64,000 bases of DNA from Glaucostegus cemiculus. Its lineage: Eukaryota. Made by a program: the position numbers and the translations under genes. The notes below the pieces were generated by a model that worked only from the letters and a program-made list of their open reading frames with translations, was not told the origin of the DNA and made no database searches. This document shows, piece after piece, positions 26,453 to 37,905 of the stretch (its first letter is position 1; every line of letters starts with the position of its first letter). The stretch is from contig CDPCPM010000114.1 in the NCBI GenBank assembly GCA_976551045.1, forward strand, positions 21,080,001-21,144,000, written 5' to 3'.

Positions 26453-27825
26453 CCTTGGATCCTCATCAGTATGCATATTGGGCAAACAGGTCCACCGATG
26501 ATGCAGTCTCCTCTGCCCTGCACTCTGCACTAGATCACTTAGAGAAGAAGTTTTTGTACGTCAGGCTGCTATTCATTGGCTTCAGCTCCACTTTCAATAC
26601 CATCATCCCGCAACAGCTAATCAGGAAGTTGAGCGCTCTGGGCATTAACACTCTTCTCTGCAACTGGATACTGGACTTTCTCACTTGCAGGCCACAGTCA
26701 GTCAGAATTGGTGAAAACACCTCAAGCACCATCACACTAAGTACTGGCTCACCACAGGGTTGTATGCTCAGTCCGCTCCTGTTCACCTTGTTGACTCACG
26801 ACTGTGAGGCCAGATCCAGCTCCAACCGCATCGTCAAATTCGCCGATGACACGACACTGGTGGGTCTTGTCACAGATGACGATGAGTCGGACTACAGAGA
26901 GGAGGTGAAACAACTAGCTGTGTGGTGCTGTGACAACAACCTCTCCTTGAATGTGGATAAAACCAAGGAGATGATAGTGGATTTTAGGCGGGGTCACCGT
27001 GTGCACACCCTGCTGACCATCAACGGGTCTGCTGTGGAACAAGTACATAGCACCAAGTTCCTGGGGGTGCACATCACCGATGACCTGACCTGGTCCACTA
27101 ACATTACGGCCCTCACGAAGAAAGCTCAGAAACGCCTCTACTTCCTGCGGAGACTGAGGAAAGCGAACTCCCATCCCTCAGTTATGAAAACTTTCTATAG
27201 CGGGACCATTGAGAGCATCTTAACCCAATGTATCACTGTTTGGTTTGGAAGCTGCTCAGCTGCTGGGCGGAAGTCCCTCCAGATGATAGTTAGGGCTGCG
27301 GAGAGGATCATAAGTGTCTCGCTTCCATCCCTCGCAGACATATACAAGGACCGTTGTGTGAGGAAGACCAAAAAACATAATGGCCAACCCTTCTCACCCA
27401 TCCCATCACCTCTTTACAATTTTGCCATCTGGGAGGAGGCTCAAATGTATCAGGGCAAGAACGACCAGGCTGAGCAATAGCTTCTTTCCGCAAGCCATCA
27501 GAACTGCGAACTCTCTCATCCCTCCATCTTCCTTGTTAACACTAAGAGATGCTAGGTGCACAGAAATGTACCAGCACTTTAAATGCCCGACACCAGCCCG
27601 TTCACTTTAATAACTATCTATTTATTTACCGGCTGTTTCTAATTTAACCTGCGTATTTTATTTAATTTAAACTTCCGTAGTTTTTCAATGTTTTTTTGTT
27701 CAGTGTGCCTGTGTGTCTCTGTTGTTTGTTATTTAATGGGACGAGCACCTGAGGAGGATGGTATCTCGCTCCTATGCATACTATGTATGTATATGGTTGT
27801 GACAATCAAACTGATTCTGATTCTG
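26453..27825 (+). mobile_element. Young Rex1/Babar LINE with near-intact RT domain (5'-truncated, one frameshift near 27372)
   Basis: ORF 26431..27480: [18 protein letters not shown]...FSSTFNTI...[13 protein letters not shown]...KFADDT; extra A in aaaaaa versus sister copies; (CTGATT)n tail; possible TSD AAGAA at 26448-26452 and 27826-27830. Confidence 0.93.
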
Positions 27826-28513
27826 AAGAAATCCCAAAGCAGATTTTTTTTACTCTTTTGAAGTTTAATCACTGGTTGGAAATACAGCAGCCACTTTGTA
27901 AACAGCAAGCTCCCGCAACTGAGAATGACCAGACAATCCCGTTTCGTAACATTGGATGAAGGATTGCCATTGGGTTGGACTCTAACAGAGAGTGCCACGG
28001 AACCTTCCCCGTCCACCGAGGGAGAAAAACGGCCTTGTGCCTAGCATCTTCCCTTGAGAAGACGGGAGCCCCAACAGTACTTGCCACAAAGTCCGGGCGC
28101 TTTAAGCTCTGGAATGGGGTTTAAACTAAGAAACTCACTGAGTTATGGCTGCAAGCTGCCAAGTATATAATGAGCTGCTAAATCAGTTCATTCATGCCCA
28201 ACAGAAAAAGTAAACTGCCACACGTGGAGCTGGTACAAGACTCTGGCCACACATTCAGACGCCAACTGACTCTCATGCCCACAGGACCTAAATCCACAGA
28301 ACAAGATTGTGTCTTTAATTTGATGACATAATCCTGCAATTCTTCACACATGCTTTGCAACTGGAATCTATAGGATCACAGAAGACTTACCACAGTTGAG
28401 GAAGCCCTTCAGCCCACCATGCCAGTCAAAGGACAGCTGCCAGCCTAATCCCACCTTCCAGTAAAGGGTTCACAGCACTACAGGTCCCGGATCTTCATAC
28501 ATCCTTCCAAGTG

Positions 28514-29296
28514 CAATAAACCCCGATCATCCACCATCCTATTATTCTGGAATCCCGATAGTTCAATATCTGGCTCATGGGTGCCCCGTTTCCAGCACTC
28601 TTCCTTTAAATACACCTTGTTCTGTTACCCACACTAACAAGAACCCACTTCCAATGCTAAAATCGAGCTGGATGAATGCTGACGGTCCGTTTCCCTCCAC
28701 AGATGCTGTCGGACCCGACTTCCTCCAACAGCTCAATTTTTTGGCTCCAGATTCCAATATCTGCAGTCTCTCGTGACCCCATTTCCAATGCTTCCTGAGG
28801 TGAGAGGGGACAGGAATGGGGCAAGTTTTTTTTTTTACAGAGAGTGGTGGGGTATGGAATGGGCTGACAGGGGTAGTGGTGGAAACATTATTAGTAGCAT
28901 TTAGAGGCTTTTAGATCGACACATGAATATGCAGTGAATGGGGGGATATGGATCATGCACAGGCAGAAGAGATTTATTTTAATTTGGCATTGAGTTCAGT
29001 ACAGACATCATGGGCTGAAGGGCCTGTTCCTGTGCTCTACTGTTTTATGCTCTTATGCTTCAGTCACTGGGGCCACATTTCCCACACTCCTTTTAAACTC
29101 ACCAGAGCCCTGCTTCCAATGCTCCTGGATTCATTGGAAAATGCATTTCACAAAGATGTAACATCTTAAGAAAAGGATGAATTAGAAGTGTGTTCGTGTA
29201 TTACTTGGAGAGCCTGAAAAATCTACCTGAGTTGTAAGCCTGGAAAGTCTGGCACCACCAAAGTCCTGAGGGTGCTGGATTATCCGAGATTTACTA
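28514..29296. mobile_element. Probable Tigger/pogo-type MITE with nested Penelope and CR1 fragments
   Basis: Imperfect terminal inverted repeats caataaaccccgatcatccacca / tgctggattatccgagatttacta. Confidence 0.4.
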
Positions 29297-29399
29297 CTAC
29301 ACTGTTCCTGGCTCCAACACTTCTAGGGCAATAAGCACCTTTCGGAGTACAAATCTTTCCCCTTCTCTCCCTAAAGCACACTAGTGCCTCTTCTTCTTC

Positions 29400-29950
29400 A
29401 GAACATGTCCTCAAGTTCAGCATGTCCTCAACAACCCTTCCCGATTTTTATAGAGGCACCACAGAAAGCGTCCTATCCAGATGTATCACAGCTTGGTATG
29501 GCAACTGATCTGCCAAAGACTGCAAGAAACTGCAGAGAGTTGTGAACGCAGCCCAGTCCATCACGCAAACCAACCTCCCCTCCATTGACTCTGTCTACAC
29601 TTCCCACTGCCTTGGAAAAGCAGCCACCATAATCAAGGACCCCACCCACCGCAGCCATTCTTTCTTCTCCCTCCTTCCACAAGATGCACTACAGGCTCAA
29701 GAACAGCTTGCTGTTAATAACCCTGCTGTTACAAGACTCTTGAATGGATCTCCTGTATCTGAACGGAACTCTTGATCTCTCAGTCTACTTCATCGTGGCC
29801 CTGCACTTTATTTGTCTACCTGCACTGCACTTTCTCTGTAACTATAAAATGTACAATGTATTCTGCATTCTGTTTTCTTTTTACAACCTCGATGTATCTG
29901 TTTGGATTTGTTTGGATGGTTGCAAACAAAAGCATTTCACTGTATCTTGG
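29400..29950 (+). mobile_element. Rex1/Babar LINE 3' fragment
   Basis: Peptide NAAQSITQTNLPSIDSVYTSHCLGKAATIIKDPTH and the family 3' UTR. Confidence 0.8.
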
Positions 29951-30345
29951 TACAAACTTGGGTTGTTTTCTCTCGAGTGACAGAGTTTATAAAATTATGA
30001 GAGGCATAGAGTAGTCAGCCGATATCTTTTTCCCATGGCTGAAAGGTTTAAATACCGGAGGGTGTGCATTTAAGGTGAGAGCGGGTAAGTTCAAAGGAGA
30101 TGTGCAGGAAAAGTATTTTTTTTTACACACAGAGTGGTGGGTGCCTGGAATGCGCTGCCAGGGGTGGTAGTAGAAGCAGACACGATAGAAGTGTTGAAGA
30201 GGCGCTTAGATAGGCACATGAATGTGCAGAGAATGGAGGGAAGTGGACATTGTGTAGGAAGAAGGGATTAGTTTAGTTAGGCATTCAATTAGTTTGGCAC
30301 AACATCATGGGCCAAAGGCCCTGTTCCTGTGCTGCACTGTTCTAT
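29951..30345 (+). mobile_element. CR1 3' fragment
   Basis: gtttataaaattatgagaggcatag...acacagagtggtgggtgcctggaatgcgctgcc...ccctgttcctgtgctg. Confidence 0.8.
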
Positions 30346-30438
30346 GCAACAATAATAAACCGATCACCAATCCCTCCTCTAATTCCCTATGCCCCCTGTT
30401 TTATACATCTCACTGGCCTGCAAATACAGGAACCTCTG

Positions 30439-30442
<4 letters not shown>

Positions 30443-30471
<29 letters not shown>

Positions 30472-30488
30472 CTGTGTGTGTGTGTGTG
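30443..30488 (+). repeat. (TG)n microsatellite
   Basis: Seen directly, one interruption. Confidence 0.95.
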
Positions 30489-31785
30489 TTTTTTCCCAAA
30501 ACTATTCACCTTGGCTTCCTCCCTTCACTGCAGCAACACCCAATAGGGCGTGCCCCTCACCCTGGCTGATGTCATCGCTGCCATGGATACCCATGTCATC
30601 AATAGGAGGAGTGAACTGGGGGAAGCCTTTATAATCTGGGTCTTTCTGTTCAGGAGCCCAACACCACCTGCTCCCACAGGGGAAGCAGTGCACTGCACCC
30701 TGGTGAGAATACACGACTCTAGGCAATGCTCAGGAAAGGGAAGACTAAGGCAAGATGACATTGTTCACTTTAAAAGAGAAACATTTAGATAATGGTCCAT
30801 GATAGGGCAAATCTGGGCAAAATATTAAGATAATCTTTGCATTGCTGCAAGAATGCCACACTGTCATCTTTTGGAAGCACTGTGGTGCATATTTCACCCT
30901 CTCAGAATCTTTTTCCCCTTGGTAGAAGTGTCAAGTACTAGAGGACGTGCATCTAAGGTGAGAGACAGAAAGTTTAAAGGAGCTGTGCAAGGCATGTTTT
31001 TTTTCCACTGAGACAGTGGTGGGTGCCTGGAACGGGGTGCCCAGGCTGGTAGATGGACACATGAATATGCAGGGAATGGAGGGGTATGGATCATGCGCAG
31101 GCAGAAGAGATTTAGGTTAATTTGGCATCGTGTTTGGCGCAGACATTGTGGTCTGAAGGGCCTGTTCCTGTGCTGTAGTGTTCCAAGTCTCTATCTCTTA
31201 AATTGACATTAGGCACTCTGTCCGAAGGTGAGCGTACTTCTGGCTGTGTCCTGCACCCTAATCCAAAGTTTCTTATCTTGAAAATTAAAAAATCTCGAGA
31301 TGCTGGAAATCTGAAATAAAAATGCTGGAAACACTCAGCAGTTAAGGCAGCATCTGCAGCCACATGCCTAACCAATGCATGGAACACTTAATGTCTCGCG
31401 TCCCAGACCCTCCATGGGTGCTTCCAGCACCTTCTGTTCCTATTTCCAAGCTCATTGCTATTTGCAGGAGCTGTTGTGTGCGAAGGAGGCGCTCCGATTA
31501 CAACAGAGACCAGGGTGACCTCACGACCAAAACTGTTTTCAGATGACACAAGGCGATAAGAAGCAACACCCACAGAAAACAAAATACAAGTGCATTCTCT
31601 AAGCCATGAGAGCTAATTAAAGGTACAGCAAAAATAAAGAACAATCCGATCGATGAGATGGTTATTAGCAGAGGGCTCGAAGCTGTTTAATGGGCAGCAG
31701 TTTCAATCATAAGCTGGCAAGCGATACAATCGTGCTGCTAAACATCTCTGCAACAGGCACAGATCCCGTTAGAGGTGATACTCAC

Positions 31786-32280
31786 TCAGGGGTTAAGGAG
31801 ACCCAGGGGCTCTGGGCCATGAGGTTCAGACTATGCTGATCTGTAAACACCCATCACCGGCTCTCTCGTCCTCGGTCCAATATCTCGGCTCCTGCTCACA
31901 TCTGTGCCACCAAGAAAAGGGGTTGGAGTGTTGGGGGGGGGCGGTTCAACTTCCCACCCCCGCCCTCTACATCACTCAATCCATCTCTACGCTCTCCTCC
32001 CTCTCTGAGATGCCACCTAGTTAATCCCTGACCCCAGTGAGCTGTTCTTGCCTTGGGATTTGCAAATGAAACGAGACAGCAGACATATCAAGAGTAGAAC
32101 TTAAACAATACGAGGAAGGATGGAGGTTCCCATTGTGACACTGGGACTCCCACCGACACCTATTGGGGCTTCACTGCCGCTTTCTTCAGCTGCAGCCTAT
32201 TCACTGCTGACCGCAGCTGACGTTAATCCGCACAGCTCACTCCCCACTCACACTGCTCCAGACACTGGCGGGAGGCGGTG
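31786..32280 (-). promoter_or_regulatory. Candidate alternative first exon/promoter; short ORF MAQSPWVSLTP ending at a phase-2 GTGAGT donor
   Basis: ATG at 31820-31818, preceded by an in-frame TGA; CCT GA|GTGAGT donor at 31785-31780; upstream non-repeat CpG-containing sequence with TGACGT (~32218) and GGCGGGAGGCGG (~32267). Confidence 0.35.
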
Positions 32281-32324
32281 CCAGAGACTGATCAGAACTC
32301 GCTGAATCTTTGAAACATCAAAAA

Positions 32325-32740
32325 ATAACTGCAGATGCTGGAAATCTGAAGTAAAAATCAAAGAACTGCTTGGGGAAAAAACTCAACAGGTCAGAGAGAG
32401 AAAAACAGTTAATGTTTCTGACTGAGGAACCCAGGCCTATGAGGGGACACAAGGCTGCAGATGCTGGAATCTGGAGCAAGACAAGAAAAGCTGATGGAAC
32501 TCAGCTGGTCAGGGAGCATCTACGGAGGGAAATGGACAGTCGACGTTTTGGGTCAAAACCCTTCATCTGGACTGTCCAAGGGTTGAGGGTCCTTTTCCCT
32601 CCATCGATGCTGCCTGACCCACTGAGTGCCCCTGGAGCCTTTGTGTGTTGCTCGCTTGGTCATTATCTCTGTTTCTCTTTCCATTAACTCTGTTTCTCTT
32701 TCCACAGATGCTGCCTGATCAGCATTTTCTGTTTTTATTG
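32325..32740. mobile_element. Nested Penelope-derived palindromic elements
   Basis: Outer element (ctgcagatgctggaaatctgaag... / ...cacagatgctgcctgatcagcattttctg) encloses an inner element at ~32447-32655. Confidence 0.7.
32533..32578 (-). ncRNA. Minimal type I hammerhead ribozyme-like motif (core mutated)
   Basis: TGGACAGTC CAGATGA A GGG TTTTGA CCC AAAAC GTC GACTGTCCA: perfect 9-bp stem I, 3-bp stem II, palindromic ACGT stem III; core deviates at U4 (A) and G12 (A). Confidence 0.7.
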
Positions 32741-33149
32741 TGGCTGAATTCACTTCTTCCCCAGGCTGTCCCTGAGCATGGGGGAAGACTTGTTTATTTG
32801 TGGATGTCGCGTGTTCCCGTCGCAGAGACTCAGACTCAGTACCTTCCCGAATGTGCCTTTGCCATTTTGAGTGGTCTCACAGGAGCAAGTTTAGGCCACT
32901 AGGCCCCTCAAGCCTGCCCCACCCTTCAATGTGATCATCTCTCGCAGGCCTCCACTTCTGTGCTGACTGCTGTTCATCCCTCTAATTCTCCAACCTTTCA
33001 AAGATTTGTCAACCTCCCCCCATCTCAAATTCTTCTAACGATCCAGCCACACCCGTGGGGAAGCATGTCACATCCTTTCATGGAGACCTCAGGAACATCC
33101 TTGTATCCTTTCTTTTGTCCTCCTGTGATCTCACAGAGCTCAGGGTACA

Positions 33150-33300
33150 GCAACAAACAATCTGCTGGAGGAACTCAGCGGGTCCAGCGGCATCTGTGGG
33201 AGGAAAAGAACTGTCGCCCTTTCGGGTGCATACTCTGTATCAGAACTGAGAATGGAGAGGCGAGATGGCCTGTATAAAGAGATGGGGAGTACTGGCAGGC
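33150..33300 (-). mobile_element. Penelope-derived end fragment with degenerate hammerhead (33211-33248)
   Basis: Minus strand cagtt CTGATAC AGAG TATGCA CCC GAAA GGGC GACAG. Confidence 0.6.
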
Positions 33301-34064
33301 AACATCTATGCCTGCCTTCACTGAGACATTGTTCCTACAGTATGAAAAGTCACCAACACCCACCTCCCCCTCCCACCCCACACACACACACAATTTTCAG
33401 GGACTCACCTTGGACATTTATTGTCTGGTGAGTGGGGGGAAAGGGCAGTGTGGCATGCTGGGGGCAGGTAGGAGGGAACTATTGTTTCCTAGAAGTTCGG
33501 TGAATGTCTTGACCTCTCCTGATTCCTTCCTGAAGGAGCTGCATTGGAGCAGTCAACAATGAACTCCGAATGTGCACTAATGATTGAGGCCGTTTCCCCT
33601 TCGACCTGGAGGAAGCTGTCAGAGGGGAGGTGCGGTGAGGAAGATCGAGAAAAGGGCTGCTGCAAATGAAGCAGCCTTGCTTGACCCCAGACTGGGATCA
33701 AGTCTGTAGTGGACCTGTTGGTTAAGATCACATTATTGTGGAGCAGATGAATACTGGCAAAAAAAAACCTGAAGTCAGCCACATGTGAGAAGGATTCTCC
33801 ATTATCCCTCTCAGTTGATGGATTCAAAGAGTTTAGAAAGGCACTGTACAGGTACTGCTTTCTATGTTTCCCTGGATTTATCACAGGGCAAAAATCACAT
33901 CCATTGTGTGGCCATGAGGGGTTGCACTTTTATCTGATGAAGCAGGTTATTGGTGTTCTGTAGGAGGGCCAGAGTTGAGTCGTGATGTTTTACGTCAGAG
34001 ACGGAAAGGACACACACCTCTAAGCTAGGGAGGAAGTGGAGAAACCAACTCCAGCATTGAAATA

Positions 34065-34300
34065 GAGACACAAGAGACTGCAGATGCTGGAATCTGGAGC
34101 AACAAACAATCTGCTGGAGGAACTATCAGTAGGTCAAACAGCATCTGTGGTGGGGGGGGGGGGGGGGGGGGGGGAGGGATGAAATTGTCAAACCCCTGCA
34201 TCATGGTACAGGGTTTTAACCCAAAATGTCAACAACTCCTTTCCCCCTACAGCTGCTGCTCCACCAATGAGTTCCTCCAGCAGATTGTTTGTTGCTCCAA
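34065..34300. mobile_element. Penelope-derived palindromic element containing a G23 run (34152-34174)
   Basis: Inverted arms tggagcaacaaacaatctgctggaggaact / agttcctccagcagattgtttgttgctcca. Confidence 0.75.
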
Positions 34301-35007
34301 TGCTGAAATGCTTGGATTATGGTCCTGCCACGATCAGCTCCTGGTTTGCCAGAACAAAAAAGTACAAAGACTCATGGCTACACTGCCCATCCAATTATTG
34401 GCATGTGGTAGACAGGATCATTATCCAAGGAACCAGTAATTGGAATTGGTTACATATATTGTTACATATACCAAAATCCAGTGAAAAACTTTGTTTTGCA
34501 TGCCATCCATACAGATCATTTCAAAACACAAGTACATTGAGTTAGTACAAAGGGAAAAGCAATAACAGAATGCAGAATATAGTGTCACAGTTACAGAGAA
34601 AGTGCAGTGCAGGAGGACAACGTGGTGCAAGGGCCACAACAAGGTAGACTGCAAGATCAAGAGTTCGTTTGTATTGTACAGGAAGTCCATTCAAGAATCA
34701 CTCAAGGGCATGATGTTATCGGGGGTTTCTGCAGCACAGCGAGTGCCACAGAGTAGTGGGTTCCACAGCTCAGCAGGTACCTCAGAACCACAGGTACTTT
34801 GACAAGGTAATTACCACAGCTGCACCAACTAGGTTTCAAAGTTGACCTAGTTTTTTGTAAGCAGCTTAATTCCATGCTTTGCTTTCTAGCCGAGCCATCA
34901 GTGAAGACTAAGCTGTTGTTCTTAATTTTCCATTCTGGAAAAGGTTGAAACAAATGCAAAATTACCCACATTTAAATTTTCTGCTGTTTATTTGTACCCG
35001 GTCTTCC

Positions 35008-35026
35008 CGACCAGCAGATGGCAGTG
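35008..35026 (+). promoter_or_regulatory. Putative CTCF binding site
   Basis: cgaCCAGCAGATGGCAGtg matches the CTCF core CCASYAGRKGGCRS, in non-repeat sequence. Confidence 0.55.
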
Positions 35027-35509
35027 TGGTGCCTGTGACGCATGAATAAACAGGGACTGGGAACTGGCCATTCTGTAGACCTGCTCCCTCCCATACACTC
35101 ACTCCAATAATCACGATGAAAGAGTTATAAAAACAAGGTCACTAGCTATCCCAATGGCTGCCACCTTCCAATCCTGTAACATCAATTACCTCAAAGGGCA
35201 TGGGAAGTGGGTCCACAGGGACTCAACCTCCAGCAAACCAAAATCAAATCAAATCAATGTTCCTTCATCCTTGTGTGGTTGCTCATCAATGGCTCTCAAG
35301 GGTCCTTGACTGCAGGCTTCAGGAAGGCCCATCGCCACCTCAAGGTCAATTAGGGACGGGCTTCAATCTAACCAGCAACACCCAAGTCCCAAGAACGACC
35401 TCAAACACTGGTCAAGCCTACCCAATCAGAACTTCAAAACAAGGGGCGATCAGTGTTTGCAAGTCTGAACTTAGCCTTCGAAGCTTCAATTCCAATCTAC
35501 GTCAATACT

Positions 35510-35840
35510 AATCTGGTAGTAGAATCATACCGGAGGTGGTAGAAATTACAGAGTATGATCCATCGAATGTGGAAGCACGTGTGGGGGTGTAAGGTGAGGA
35601 AAAGTAGTATCCTATCCTTGATCTCCCAGGGAGGATAGGAATTGAGAGCAGAAATACAGGAAATGGGAGGGAGACATGGTAAGGAGAAAAGGAGGTCATC
35701 TCAGAGGCACTGATGTGAAAAGGCTCGTCATCAGAATAGAAACAATGGATACATAGAAACTGGGAGAACAGAGGTAGGGGGCAGGTATAGTTGAGGTAGC
35801 TGTGGAAGTCTGTGAGCTCGTGGTAAATAATGGGTATTGT
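35510..35840 (-). mobile_element. Penelope-like element RT remnant
   Basis: Degenerate minus-strand coding resembling YHKPTDSHSYL(D/N)YT and DRVPLVLT(F/Y)HPTSLRIQRIIL..F motifs of vertebrate Penelope ORFs. Confidence 0.6.
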
Positions 35841-36544
35841 ACTAAAACCCTACATCCAGCTAAAACCCTCAGCTCAACAGTGTGACTACATGTGGTCTCC
35901 CATTTATTGGAAAAGTGGTTAATTTCCAAAGAGAAATAAAACTGATATCTCTCTCAAGATAACTTCTCCAATTTTACCCTGGCTTTGAAAATGATGGAAA
36001 GATCTTCCAACGCTTTACTCTGATACTCTTGCATAGTAACTATTTGCGCGACACAGAAGTTATTTCATAAAGTGTACAGTACAAAGGGTCACTTAAGACT
36101 AATAACATAATTTTGTTTGGTAGGGCTGAAAGATTTTACCCCGAAGAACAAAATATGTTCATATCAGCAACTTGGCAGACACACAAATGAATGAGAACAA
36201 GAATTTTACGCCTAGTAATTTCATCCCAGATGGTAGCACTACACGAGCTATACAGCAGTGTAGGCACATTGTATTGTGACTCTGAAGTTCATTCCATTAA
36301 CATTAGTGTCATATAGTTATAGAATCATTCAGCTTGGAAACAGGCCCTTTGGCCCAAATGGCCCATGCTGACCAAGATTCCCATCTAAACCAGTCCCATT
36401 TGCCCGTAATTGGCTCATGTCCCTCTAAACCTTTCCTACCCATGTACCTGTCCAAATATCTTTTAAATGTTGTTAATGTTTCTACTAGTGGATCGAATTT
36501 AAGAAGCAGAGCACAACACACTGATGCTATTTCATAACATCCAA

Positions 36545-36750
36545 AAGCAAAATACTGCAGATGTTGGAAATCTGAAATAAAGCCCAGAGAATGCTGATTA
36601 TACTCAGCAAATCAGGCGGCAGCTGAGAGAGAAACAGAGTTAACACTTCAAATGGAAGGTCATCAACTTGAAACGAAACAATGATTCTGCTTTTCTCCCC
36701 ACAGATGCATCCTGACCTGCTGAGTATTTCCAGAATTTTGTGCTTATATT
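36545..36750. mobile_element. Penelope-derived palindromic element
   Basis: actgcagatgttggaaatctgaaat...tactcagcaaatcagg / cctgacctgctgagtatttccag. Confidence 0.7.
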
Positions 36751-37265
36751 TTAGCTTAAAGTTCTACTCTATCAAACCCTCTCAGAAGCTTAACTGTCTC
36801 AATGAGATCACCTCTCCTTCTAAACTCTTAAGAGTATAGGCCAAGCATGTTCTCCCTTCACTGTATAATATCTCATCTACCAAATCCACTCCTCCGGGCA
36901 AGTAATATCCTTTGGGTACAGAGAATAAATCTGCACACAGTACAAATAACTAACTCAGCTCAGATCTGAGCACAATCTCTGCAAGATCTTCTTGCCTTCA
37001 CCTTGCAATCTCTTAAAGGCCAACACACCACTTGCTTGTCTACCTGCATGTTTACATTCTGTCTCTCATGATCCAGCATACCCAGATCCTTTGATATATC
37101 AACAAGTAATAGTTTCTCACCATTTAAAGAAACATGCCTTTTTTCCACTCTATGACAAAACATATAAATTTTTCCTCCCATTATTACTTCATCAGTCACC
37201 TCTCACATTCTAACATGACCTGCCTTTCCCAGCTACGTGAGTATTGGTTAATCTGAATACAAGAA

Positions 37266-37580
37266 CGGCACAGTGGTGCAGCAGGTAAAGCTGTTTGGTT
37301 CGGGTTCAATCCTGACCTCGGGTGCTATTGTGTGTGGAGTTCGTACGCTTTTCCAGTGACTCTGTGGGTTTCCCCAGGGTGATCCAGTTCCCTCCCACAT
37401 CCCAATGACATGCAGGTTGGTAGGTTAATTGGCCCCAGTGTGTAGAGAAGTGGTAGAATCTGGCAGGAGTCAATGGGAATGTGGGGAGGATAGGATACGG
37501 GGAAAATTAGTGGGTGAATGGTAAAGCTCTGTGAGCTGGCACAGACTTGATGGACTGAAATGGCTTCCTTCCATGCCACA
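37266..37580 (+). mobile_element. HE1-like V-SINE
   Basis: A/B-box head ggcacagtggtgcagcagg...gggttcaatcc; V domain gtgtggagttcgtacg...gtgggtttcccc; CR1-like tail. Confidence 0.85.
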
Positions 37581-37905
37581 TGGGAAAGATGTGGAATCGA
37601 TGTAGTATCCTTTCATTCAAGTAATAAATATAAATTGTATGTAGTTCAGTGACCAGCACTGACAGCTCACCAACAATAGTCTGTAAACTTGAAAACAACA
37701 TGCTCATTCCTATAAATCAATCCTCTGTTCTCCCTTGCTTTCACCTCTTAATTTATGTGTTGTTCCATATCAATCCAGATACACTGTACATTCTGCAGTA
37801 GAGAGAGGGATGTAAGTAGGAGGGGAATTTAAAGACTTGAGCCAGGTGTATAGGACTTGATGCAAGTCAGGCTTGGGGCAACAATGATGAGGAGAAGCCC
37901 CACCT

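Noticed and set aside
37266-37330. tRNA gene
   Set aside because: A/B boxes belong to a SINE head; no complete cloverleaf
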